DNA of 64,000 nucleotides from an uncultured virus (IMG/VR IMGVR_UViG_3300025132_000001) (lineage: Duplodnaviria; Heunggongvirae; Uroviricota; Caudoviricetes). Positions 19,038 through 28,700 of this stretch are shown here, one piece after another; the first letter of the stretch is position 1; every line of letters starts with the position of its first letter. The position numbers were made by a program, and so were the translations under genes. The notes under the pieces were generated by a model that made no database searches, was not told the origin of the DNA, and saw only the letters and a program-made list of their open reading frames with translations. The stretch is taken from IMG/VR virus record IMGVR_UViG_3300025132_000001. One strand, given 5' to 3'.

Positions 19038-19200
19038 ATTTAGAATACATGACTTTGATGAATTTATGGACACTTGGTCAGGATTTAATGATAAATTAAC
19101 TGTTTTTAAACAATTTGATATTAACAATATAGTGGAAATAAATACTTTTATAGGAAATAAATATTTTGAAATAGAGATAGTCATAAATAAAAAAATATGA
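19024..19200 (+). CDS. Small hypothetical protein (58 aa)
   Basis: Manual translation MLRTRFRIHDFDEF...; ATGA-coupled to next gene. Confidence 0.55.
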   Translation: MLRTRFRIHDFDEFMDTWSGFNDKLTVFKQFDINNIVEINTFIGNKYFEIEIVINKKI

Positions 19201-19520
19201 AGGTAACATTAAAAATAAATAGTAATTATAAATATTTACAATTTTGGAATAGTGTATTTAATTTAACTGCAAAAGAATTACAAATACTTGCTAAATTTAT
19301 GGATATTAATAAAGGAACAAATTTATGTTCTCATGATAATAAAGTAAAATTAGCAAAATACTTTAAAATAGATGATCCAAATAAATTAAATAATTATGTT
19401 AAAAGATTTAAAGATAAAGGTGCTATTAAATTAACTAAAAACAATAATTATGTTTTACACAAGATCCTTAAAAAACAAGATTCCTTATCAGTTAAAGTGG
19501 TGTGGGATAGCAGATCCTAA
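19197..19520 (+). CDS. Putative winged-HTH DNA-binding protein
   Basis: LTAKELQILA...LAKYFKI...LNNYVKRFKDKGAI pattern. Confidence 0.55.
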   Translation: MKVTLKINSNYKYLQFWNSVFNLTAKELQILAKFMDINKGTNLCSHDNKVKLAKYFKIDDPNKLNNYVKRFKDKGAIKLTKNNNYVLHKILKKQDSLSVKVVWDSRS

Positions 19521-19612
19521 TTTTTTAATATGTATATATGAAACTAAATTATGTATGATAGAAATAGTAACTGACACAAAAGGTAAATATTTAACAAGTA
19601 GAATTATAGACA

Positions 19613-19864
19613 ATGAACATATTTAAATTAAGTATACAATTTGCAAAAGAACTAAGTGCTTATATTAAAAAAGGTGCTCCTAATGTAACTCTAGATGAGT
19701 ATGAGGAAAGATTAAAAATTTGCTCGGAATGCCCTGAAAAAAAAGATGGAACACATTATAGTACTTGTGGATTGTGTGGATGTAATATAGAAATAAAAGC
19801 TAAATGGGCAACATCAACATGTCCTCATAAACCATCTAAATGGCCAGAAATAAAAAAGAAATAA
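19613..19864 (+). CDS. Cys-rich metal-binding protein (DUF6171-like)
   Basis: RLKICSECP...CGLCGC...K...CP...KW. Confidence 0.7.
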   Translation: MNIFKLSIQFAKELSAYIKKGAPNVTLDEYEERLKICSECPEKKDGTHYSTCGLCGCNIEIKAKWATSTCPHKPSKWPEIKKK

Positions 19865-20079
19865 TATATTTCTTAGCAAATAAATATGATCTTCCTATTA
19901 AAACAATAGAAGATATAATTGATGTACAATTTAAATTTGTAGGTAATATAATGAGAAGGGGACATTTTGATACAATTAGATTACCATACTTTGGAAAATT
20001 TACTGTAAATAAAAATAGAGTAAAACATATAAATAAATTAAAAGATGCCGCTACAAGACGATCTAATAACGATAAATAA
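19840..20079 (+). CDS. HU/IHF-like DNA-binding protein
   Basis: NKKEII...IRLPYFGKFTV. Confidence 0.7.
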   Translation: MARNKKEIIYFLANKYDLPIKTIEDIIDVQFKFVGNIMRRGHFDTIRLPYFGKFTVNKNRVKHINKLKDAATRRSNNDK

Positions 20080-20554
20080 TAAAGTACCTGTGCCTACAGC
20101 ATATTCTTTGTTAATAAAAGAATTCAAAGATCTTAGTTTAAAAGAATTAGGTTACGTATATTTCATGTGTGATCACAGATCGCCTTATGCTGTATATGAA
20201 TGGGATAGACGTTATGAAGAAGTAACAGACAGTTTAGGGATAAAAAAGATCTCTACAAAAGTAGAAGTGGCATGTGATAAGTACAACGAATTAATAGAAA
20301 CTTCTGCAGTTAAATTATTAAAAGCTGCAAGAGAATCTGTAAAAAAACTAGAGGTTTATCTTAGAACTGTAGACCTAACTTTAACTGATGACAATGGAAG
20401 ACCAATTTTTCATGCTAAAGATTTAGTAAATAATTTAGAAAAAATGGGAAAAGTTGTTGATGGATTAACTAGGTTAGAAGATATAGTTAAAAAAGAAGAA
20501 CAAGCTAGCAATTCCACAAGAGGTGGGGTTGAGGTAAATAAATATAGTCAATAA
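20045..20554 (+). CDS. Conserved crAss-like protein, candidate terminase small subunit
   Basis: Helical 169-aa protein upstream of TerL with a TRGG C-terminal motif; function inferred from position. Confidence 0.5.
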   Translation: MPLQDDLITINNKVPVPTAYSLLIKEFKDLSLKELGYVYFMCDHRSPYAVYEWDRRYEEVTDSLGIKKISTKVEVACDKYNELIETSAVKLLKAARESVKKLEVYLRTVDLTLTDDNGRPIFHAKDLVNNLEKMGKVVDGLTRLEDIVKKEEQASNSTRGGVEVNKYSQ

Positions 20555-20569
20555 TTAAAATTTAAAACA

Positions 20570-20725
20570 ATGATAAAATTTTATAATGCATGGGGACCTA
20601 AAAAACAGGTCGATAAATTTGAAATAACTTTAAGATTAAGTATTTTAACTATTTTTGAAGTAAGTTATGATATTTCAGATAAAAAGTTTAAATTAGTACT
20701 TTTAAATTACGGTATATCAAATTAA
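20570..20725 (+). CDS. Small hypothetical protein (51 aa)
   Basis: Manual translation MIKFYNAWGPKKQVDKFEITLRL... Confidence 0.55.
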   Translation: MIKFYNAWGPKKQVDKFEITLRLSILTIFEVSYDISDKKFKLVLLNYGISN

Positions 20726-20726
20726 C

Positions 20727-21101
20727 ATGTACAATTATAATGCAAAATGCGTAAGAGTAGTTGATGGAGACACCATCGACGCAGAAATAGATCTAGGCTT
20801 TGATGTTAAAATTCAAAAGCGAATAAGACTTGCTGGAATTAATGCGCCAGAGTCTAGGACTAGAAATAAGGTTGAAAAGAAATTAGGAATAGCTGCAAAA
20901 GAAAGATTAATAGAAATCTTAGATGGAGCTGCTAATCATTTTGAATTAGAATCACAAGAACTTGGCAAATATGGTAGAGTTCTTGGTAAACTACAAATAG
21001 ATAAAATTTCAGGCAAAGATGTAATAACTAAAGTCTGTGTAAATGATCTATTAGTTAAAGAAGGTCATGCCGTAGAATATGATGGAGGTAAAAGAAAATG
21101 A
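20727..21101 (+). CDS. Thermonuclease (SNase-like)
   Basis: RVVDGDT, RIRLAGINAPE, KYGRVL and LVKEGHA motifs. Confidence 0.9.
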   Translation: MYNYNAKCVRVVDGDTIDAEIDLGFDVKIQKRIRLAGINAPESRTRNKVEKKLGIAAKERLIEILDGAANHFELESQELGKYGRVLGKLQIDKISGKDVITKVCVNDLLVKEGHAVEYDGGKRK

Positions 21102-21372
21102 CATGGACTTTTTAGAAGATTTAGATTTGTATAACAGGGCAATGGAAAATGCATATTATATTATCACAGGTAAAAAAACTTTAGATGATTTATTAAATGA
21201 TCTTGGTGAAGGTACTGCAGATGATATTGCACTCCCTTTTGATCCTATGCGAGAAGATGGTAAAACAACTGATGTAGTAGAGATGCTAATAGATTATTAT
21301 GAGCAACATGAAGATTATGAAAAATGCGCAGAGCTTACAAATATAAAAACAAATGCTTCAGAATACAGATAG
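21079..21372 (+). CDS. Hypothetical protein with C-terminal UVR-like motif
   Basis: YYEQHEDYEKCAEL. Confidence 0.6.
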   Translation: MMEVKENDMDFLEDLDLYNRAMENAYYIITGKKTLDDLLNDLGEGTADDIALPFDPMREDGKTTDVVEMLIDYYEQHEDYEKCAELTNIKTNASEYR

Positions 21373-23317
21373 GATAAGGCGGTCTGCTTTAAGATTTCAA
21401 AAAGAAGGATATTATACAACGGCTTTACCTGGTACCAAAGATTATTATGATTATTGGGACGAGGAAAGAAAAAGATGTCTCTATGGTTATACTATAGATG
21501 ATTTAACTGTAACAGGATTTCATTATTTTTATTTAAATTTTTGTCCTATAGATAGAGCTGTAGATGAGCTATTACCAGATGGTACTGTTCAATCTAAAAG
21601 GGAAAGAACATTTCCTGCTTTTTATGATGGGGATTGGAAATATTTTAATGAGATAGATAAAGCAAGAAAAACCAATCAACATATGATTGTGTTAAAAGCA
21701 AGACGTAAGGGATATTCTTATAAAGCTGGGGCAATGCTTGCTAGAAATTATTTCTTTGTTCGTAATTCTAAAAACTTTGTATTTGCTAGTCAAAAAGAAT
21801 ATTTAATTGGAGATGGTCTTTTATCTAAAGCATGGGATTTTTTATCTTTTATAGATGATCATACTGCATGGACTCAACCACGATTAAGAGATCGAGAGAT
21901 GTCTAAACAATCAGGATATAAGAAAAAAGTAAATGGAGTTGAAATTGAAATGGGAATGAAATCTCAAATCATAGGAGTTTCTCTTAAAGATAATCCAGAT
22001 AAAGTAAGGGGTAAAGCAGGAGAGTTGATATTCTTTGAAGAAGCAGGATCTTTTCCAGGATTATTAAAAGCATGGGAAGTAGCAATGCCAACAATGCGTC
22101 AAGGCGCTAAAACATTAGGATTAATGGTTGCGTTTGGTACAGGTGGTACAGAGGGTGCAGATTTTGAAGCAATGGAAGAAATTTTTTATAATCCTGAAGC
22201 TTATGATTGTATGGTATATGATAATATATGGGATGAGGGTGCTATGGGAAGTAAATGCGGATATTTTATTCCTATACAACAAAACTTAGAAGGATTTATT
22301 GATGATGATGGAAATTCTAAAGAACCTGAAGCTGTAACTTATGAAGAAGGGATGAGAGAGAAAAAGAAAATGGCTGCAGATTCTAAAGCTTTAGATCAAT
22401 ATGTAGCGGAACATCCATTTTCTCCACAAGAAGCAACATTACAAATTACAGCAAATCTCTTTGATGTATCTTCGTTACAAGCACAATACAACAAAATAAA
22501 GGCACATGGTTTACACTCTCTTGGTACCACTGGCGAATTGTATTATGGGAAGGAAGGTGATGTTAAATTTAGGCCTTTACCAACTGCAGCACCAGTATTA
22601 CGATTCCCGCATAGAAAAGGGGATGACAACTCTGGTGCAGTTATAATTTATGAATCTCCATATAAAAATGAACATAAGCAAGTACCTATGAATATGTATG
22701 TTATTTGCCATGACCCTTATGGACAAAATCAATCTGCAGATTCTACATCTTTAGGTGCAGCTTATGTATTAAAAAGGCCAAATAATATATCTAGGCCTGA
22801 TGATCTGATTGTTGCAAGTTATGTAGGTAGACCTAATACATCAGATGAATTTAATAGAAATTTATTTATGCTAGCTGATTATTATGGATGTAAAATAGGA
22901 TTTGAGAATGATCGTGGAGAAGTAATAGCTTATGCAAAAAGACATAGAAAATTGCATAAATTACAAGAGGAATTTGAGATGTTAGATAAAAAAGATTTAA
23001 GATCTAAAACAGTAAAACGTCAATATGGTATGCATATGACAGAACAAAGAAAAAGACAAGGAGAAATATATATTAGAGATTGGTTAATATCTCCCAGAGG
23101 TTCTGATGAAGAAGGTGAAAAGCTTTTAAATTTACATAAAATATATGATCCTGCTTTACTTCAAGAATTAACAAAATTTAATCATCAAGGTAACTTTGAC
23201 CGAGTTATGGCATTAATGATTGGTATGTTTCATACAAGAGAATTATATAATGCGGAAATAAAAGAAGTTTTATCAGATAGATCTGCAGATGATTGGTTTG
23301 ATAGAAATTTCCAATAA
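21353..23317 (+). CDS. terL: Terminase large subunit
   Basis: KARRKGYS Walker A, FFEEAG Walker B, FGTGG, ICHDPY nuclease motif, GNFDRVMA. Confidence 0.92.
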   Translation: MLQNTDRIRRSALRFQKEGYYTTALPGTKDYYDYWDEERKRCLYGYTIDDLTVTGFHYFYLNFCPIDRAVDELLPDGTVQSKRERTFPAFYDGDWKYFNEIDKARKTNQHMIVLKARRKGYSYKAGAMLARNYFFVRNSKNFVFASQKEYLIGDGLLSKAWDFLSFIDDHTAWTQPRLRDREMSKQSGYKKKVNGVEIEMGMKSQIIGVSLKDNPDKVRGKAGELIFFEEAGSFPGLLKAWEVAMPTMRQGAKTLGLMVAFGTGGTEGADFEAMEEIFYNPEAYDCMVYDNIWDEGAMGSKCGYFIPIQQNLEGFIDDDGNSKEPEAVTYEEGMREKKKMAADSKALDQYVAEHPFSPQEATLQITANLFDVSSLQAQYNKIKAHGLHSLGTTGELYYGKEGDVKFRPLPTAAPVLRFPHRKGDDNSGAVIIYESPYKNEHKQVPMNMYVICHDPYGQNQSADSTSLGAAYVLKRPNNISRPDDLIVASYVGRPNTSDEFNRNLFMLADYYGCKIGFENDRGEVIAYAKRHRKLHKLQEEFEMLDKKDLRSKTVKRQYGMHMTEQRKRQGEIYIRDWLISPRGSDEEGEKLLNLHKIYDPALLQELTKFNHQGNFDRVMALMIGMFHTRELYNAEIKEVLSDRSADDWFDRNFQ

Positions 23318-23318
23318 C

Positions 23319-23392
23319 AAGTGGTATAGTTATAATAATATATATAATATATATTAAAAGTATATAATAACGAAAAAATTTTATTATTTTTG
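23319..23392 (+). promoter_or_regulatory. Late promoter with upstream AAGTG/TATATAATATATA motif
   Basis: TATTTTTG -7 element at 23385-92; upstream motif shared with 31094-31166. Confidence 0.6.
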
Positions 23393-23397
23393 TAGCT

Positions 23398-25770
23398 ATG
23401 AGTACGTATAAAGAAATCCCTAGACAAAAACTTCCTTTTAGTAAAAAAGGTAAAAAATGGAGAGAGTCCTGTGTTGAAGCTTATATTAATCTTTCTAATA
23501 TAGGTGGATATAATGGTGGATTTACTTCTAGACGTGACGATTTAAAAAGATTATACGATTTTTATAATGGAGTAATAGAAGATACTGAATATGAATATGT
23601 ATTAAAACCATATGGTAAAACTCGTAAAAATTTCCCTTCTAAAATGCGTAATTATCCTATAATCAAACCTATTATTGATTTATTATTAGGAGAAAAAACA
23701 AAACGTCCTTTCAATTATACAGTTTCTGTAACTAACGCAGATACTATTTCTGAAAAAGAAAAAGCTCGAAGTGAATTAGTATTAATGTCCTTACAACAAC
23801 AATTTGTTAATAAAATGAATGAAGGAGGTATGGACACAGGAGTACCAAGTCAAGAAGCTGAAATGCCTCAACACATTGTAGAATTATTTAATAAATCTTA
23901 TGTTGATAATAGAGCAAGTATGGGGCAACATGCTATGAATTATATTCTACAACAACAAGAAGTACATGATAAATTACAAAAAGCTTGGTTTCATTTTTTA
24001 GTTTCTGGAGAAGTATTTACAGAAAGAGGAGTTAGAAATGATGAGCCTTTTTATGATATAATTAATCCTATGAATGTAGACTACGATCTAGATCCAGATT
24101 TAGAATTTGTAGAAGATGGTGATTGGGCAGTAGTAAGAAGATATTCTCATGCATCTACATTAATAGATAAATATCATCAATATTTAAATGACGCTCAAAT
24201 CAATCAATTAGAAGAGCCTGATCAACATAATGCTGATTCTTGGATGATGCATAAATCACATACTCCAGATAAAGATCCATGGAGAAGTAAATTAATTGAA
24301 GCTATTACAGTATACTGGAAATCTAGAAGAAGAGTTGGATTTTTACAATACATGGATCCTAATACAGGACAATTAGAAGAAATAGAAGTTCCAGACGGTT
24401 TTAAAATGCCTGCAGAATTAAAACAGCAGGGTGCTATGTTAACATGGTTATGGGTTAATGAAGTATGGGAAGGCACACGAATCGATGGAGACATTTATAT
24501 AAATATAAACCCAGTGATCAATCAAAGAGGATCTATTGACAATCCCTCAAAATGCAAATTACCTATTAATGGTCGAAGGTACTCAGACATTAATGCATCT
24601 AATATTTCCCTAGTATCACTGGGTATCCCATACCAATTAAATTATAATATCTATAAATATAGACTAGAATTAGCAATTGCAAGATCTAAAGATATTATAG
24701 CTCAATTTGATATTAACATGATTCCTAAAAAATGGGACATGGATAAATTTATGTATTACGTAGAAGGTACAGGTATTGCATGGGTGGATTATAATAAAGA
24801 AGGAATTCAATTATCTCCACAGCATCAATCTGTATTAGATATGTCAATTAAAACAATTGAACAATATATAGTTCTTCTTAATGCTATTATGGAAGAATGG
24901 GAAAAATTATCTGGAGTTAATAGACAAAGACAAGGACAAGTTGGGTCTTATGAAGGTAAAGCAACTTCACAACAAGCTATTGTACAATCATCTCATATTA
25001 CAGAAGATATGTTTAGAAAGTTTGGAAGAATGGAACAAAGAGATTTACAAGCTATGTTAGATTATTCTAAAGAAGCATGGTTAACAGGTAAAAAATCAAT
25101 GTATGTTATGCCTGATGGAACAACAGACTTTTTAGATCTTGATACATTAATGCATATGGAAGCAGAATATGGAATATTTGTTAGCGATTCAGGTGCAGAA
25201 CAAGATAAGTTAATGCAAGCACGACAATTATCTCAAGCAATGATTCAAAATGGAGTTCCAGCATCTACAGTATTAGATATGATGGAGGCAGGATCATTTA
25301 CACAATTAAAAGATAAAATTGCTAAAGCAGAAAAAACTGTTCAAGAATTAGAAGCTCAACAACAACAAGCTCAACAACAAATGCAAGAACAAGCTTTAGC
25401 AGCAAAAGCAGAAGAGCAAGCAAAAGAATTTGAAAATGATGATAAGGACAGACAAAATAAAATGACTATTGCTGAACTTCAAGCTGATACTCAAATTAAA
25501 ATTGCAGAACTAAAAGCTGATGTAGATCTACAAGAATTAGATGCTTTAAGACAAGCTAATGATAATAAACATGTTGTAGAAAAAGAAAAAATTTCAGAGC
25601 AACGTAGAACATCTCAAGCAAAAGAATCAACAGATAGATCTAAAGCAGAAAATGATAAAGCAAAAGTAGATGTACAAAGAGCAGCAAATAAAGATAAACG
25701 AGCTACAGATAAAGCAAAAATTGAAGTAGAAAAAACTAAAGCTAAGTCACAAAATAGTAAACCTAAATAG
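23398..25770 (+). CDS. Portal protein
   Basis: 790 aa after TerL; YPII.P.IDLLLGE, WVNEVWEG and KLP motifs; Q-rich coiled-coil C-terminus. Confidence 0.88.
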   Translation: MSTYKEIPRQKLPFSKKGKKWRESCVEAYINLSNIGGYNGGFTSRRDDLKRLYDFYNGVIEDTEYEYVLKPYGKTRKNFPSKMRNYPIIKPIIDLLLGEKTKRPFNYTVSVTNADTISEKEKARSELVLMSLQQQFVNKMNEGGMDTGVPSQEAEMPQHIVELFNKSYVDNRASMGQHAMNYILQQQEVHDKLQKAWFHFLVSGEVFTERGVRNDEPFYDIINPMNVDYDLDPDLEFVEDGDWAVVRRYSHASTLIDKYHQYLNDAQINQLEEPDQHNADSWMMHKSHTPDKDPWRSKLIEAITVYWKSRRRVGFLQYMDPNTGQLEEIEVPDGFKMPAELKQQGAMLTWLWVNEVWEGTRIDGDIYININPVINQRGSIDNPSKCKLPINGRRYSDINASNISLVSLGIPYQLNYNIYKYRLELAIARSKDIIAQFDINMIPKKWDMDKFMYYVEGTGIAWVDYNKEGIQLSPQHQSVLDMSIKTIEQYIVLLNAIMEEWEKLSGVNRQRQGQVGSYEGKATSQQAIVQSSHITEDMFRKFGRMEQRDLQAMLDYSKEAWLTGKKSMYVMPDGTTDFLDLDTLMHMEAEYGIFVSDSGAEQDKLMQARQLSQAMIQNGVPASTVLDMMEAGSFTQLKDKIAKAEKTVQELEAQQQQAQQQMQEQALAAKAEEQAKEFENDDKDRQNKMTIAELQADTQIKIAELKADVDLQELDALRQANDNKHVVEKEKISEQRRTSQAKESTDRSKAENDKAKVDVQRAANKDKRATDKAKIEVEKTKAKSQNSKPK

Positions 25771-25776
25771 TAGCCT

Positions 25777-28700
25777 ATGGATGCAATGGAATTATTAAAG
25801 CGTGCTATTGCTGAGGGTACTAATTATTCTGAATTAGTTCAACAAGTTAAAGTTGCGCAAACACCTTCAGAACAACAGCAAGGATTAAGAGGAGCTCCTC
25901 AAGGTACTTCTATGGTTTTTCCCCAATCCAAAGGTAATTTCAATACTAAGGGGATGGACTATTCCATCAATATAGATAAATTTGACAATAAAGGAGATTT
26001 AGTTCAATCTTATAGAAATGTACCTCCTGGTATAGATAATTTACCTATGGGACCAAAGACAGGTACTGTTATTGAAACTCCAGCAGAAAATCAAGATATT
26101 GCATTTGCAAAAACAGGCGGTCCTGTTAAAAAATTTCAAACAGAAGGTGTTATTGAAGGAGATAAAGAAAGTAGTGTAGAAGGACTAACTTTTAATTATC
26201 CAGAAGAAGAAACAACAGAATTATGGCAACCAAACGAATATTATAAAAAAAGATTTGGTAAAGATTTTAAGTCTACATTATTTTTTGGTAAACATTTGAT
26301 GCAAATGAATAATTGGATAAAATCCAATGATAAAGAAAATTTATTATATAATAAAGATGCTATACAAGATGAATTAAACTGGATACGGAATTATATTCAA
26401 TCTCCTAAATATTTAGAAAGGCTAGGTAAAGAATTTCCTGATTACACACAAGATCAACTTACAGAAGAAATGAATGCTAGGCTTAATAATATTAATAACG
26501 TTAATATAACTTTTGAGGATCAATTAGCTGGTGGTAAGGCTTTAGGAGTATATTGGCCAACAGAAGATAAAGGTAAAAGATTAAATAATGCTAATGTACA
26601 TGATCCATCATCATGGGTAGATAGAGAAATAAATGAAGAGAAAGCTGGTACTATAGGATTACAAACTGGGTATCATCAAACACCTGGAGACGAATCAGTA
26701 GGTCTACATGAAATAGATCACCAAGTTAATGATGGAGGTATGAGAATTCCAGCTTCTACAGAAAAGTTAATTCATGATAATACTACTCCTATGGGGCAAG
26801 GTGGATACCAAAGTCCTGAAGGTTTGCAATTTGGTTATGTAAATACTCCTACAGAATATATAGCTAGACAAACGGCAATTAGAAAATTATTACATGATGA
26901 AGGTATTTATGATTCAAATACTGAAGATTTTACTATTGATCATTATAATAAAATGTTAGAAAATGGTAGGCTAGTAAATAATAAACAATTACATGATTTG
27001 ATAGGAGATCCTTTAGGGCGCAGTGGAATGTGGGATGAAGAAGTAGGAGATTTTATACCTATGGGAACTATAAAAGGATCTGGAGAAAATTGGGAAGAAG
27101 AAAGAAGAAATAGCTTCATTGAAATGATGAATAATATAGCTATGGATCAAGATACGGATGAAAGTTTTAATTATGCTAATCAAGCTAAAACTGGAGGCCC
27201 TATTAAATATCAAACAGAAGGTACGGTTAAAAAAGATTATAATATTGATAATATATTAAATGTTTTACAAAATAAAAATTTTAAAGAAAATATCAATACT
27301 TCTTTTAATCATTCAAGTATATCAGATGGATTACCTCATGATAATGTAGGAACAGGTAGCACTAGACTTATAAATTATGAACAAGATGTAAATCATTTAA
27401 CTACAACTTTAGAACAACAAAAAAAAGCACGAGCTGAACAAATAAGACTTAGAGAGAAGCAAAAACAAATGTATATGTCTACAGGCATGTCAGAACAAGA
27501 GGCTGAAAAATTACTGTCAAATCAAGCTAGCCAATATCAACAACAACAAAACGTGAATCACTCACAGGCTGAATTTAGAGCCCCGCAATATCCTCCTCCA
27601 GTAGTTCAAAAATATACACCTACTTTTATGCCTCCTGCATTAGCGATAGGTTCTCCTGGTAGACAAAATCAATCTAACCGATTTTATACATATCATGGAT
27701 TACAAGATAATTTGAATTATAGTTTAGATCATGGATTATTTAATAGTGAAGCAGAATGGGCAGATCATATGAGAGATAGTTATGAAGGTTTTGAAAACAC
27801 TGTGCAGATGCTTAATCCATTAGCAGGAGGAGAAATGTTATTAGAAGGAATTGCAAATCAAGATCCAACACAAACAAGTTTAGCGGCGCTTAGTTTTATG
27901 ATTCCAGGTAATTTTGAAGGAAGTGCAATAAAAAGATTATATAAAGGTACAAAAAATAAAGCTAATAATTTGACTGCAAATTTCTCAAATATGCTTGGAT
28001 TACCATCTAATAAACGTCTTGGAAACACTAATCTGTTTATAGAGAGGCCAGGGGGTATAAATAATTTCTTAGTAAATAATATAGAGAGATATACAAAAAA
28101 AGCTGATTATCCATTTACAGTAGCAAATATTAATAATTCTAAAATTTTAGAAGGTTCTAAACATTTCCCAAGAAATAGACATCAGTTTATGAATTTTGAC
28201 GCTAAAGTTAATGTTCCATCTGGAAACCGAATGGGTATGAATCTAAGTAAACATTTTGGTCCAGATGGTAATCCATATTATTCAATGGGTATATCAAATT
28301 TTTATGGTAATCAGCGATTAGCAGGACAAACTATGTCTGAGTTAAATAAATTTATTCCTCAATATGGAGTTATAAAACAATATCCAATGGGATCTCTTAG
28401 TACAGATTCATGGGGTTTAAATTTAGGTAGGCTTAATAAACCTAATAAGTGGGGTAATGTAACACAGCCAAATGATTGGGTAACCTTTAATAGAATGGGT
28501 AATATGTCTCTGCCTTCACATTTAAGGCATGATCTACCTCACAATCTTGGGCTACAAGCTTTTACAAAAGGCCAAGCAGAGTTTTATAAAGATCAATTAA
28601 CTGGTTCAATGCTTAATAGACCAAATGTTGTTAAAAGTTTTGGGGGAGAACAAAATATACAATCATTTTTACCAAGATTACGTACTTATGGACAAAATAA

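Noticed and set aside
11422..23317. Introns or inteins in polA, dnaB or terL
   Set aside because: The ORFs are uninterrupted, of ordinary length, and lack intein or homing-endonuclease motifs.
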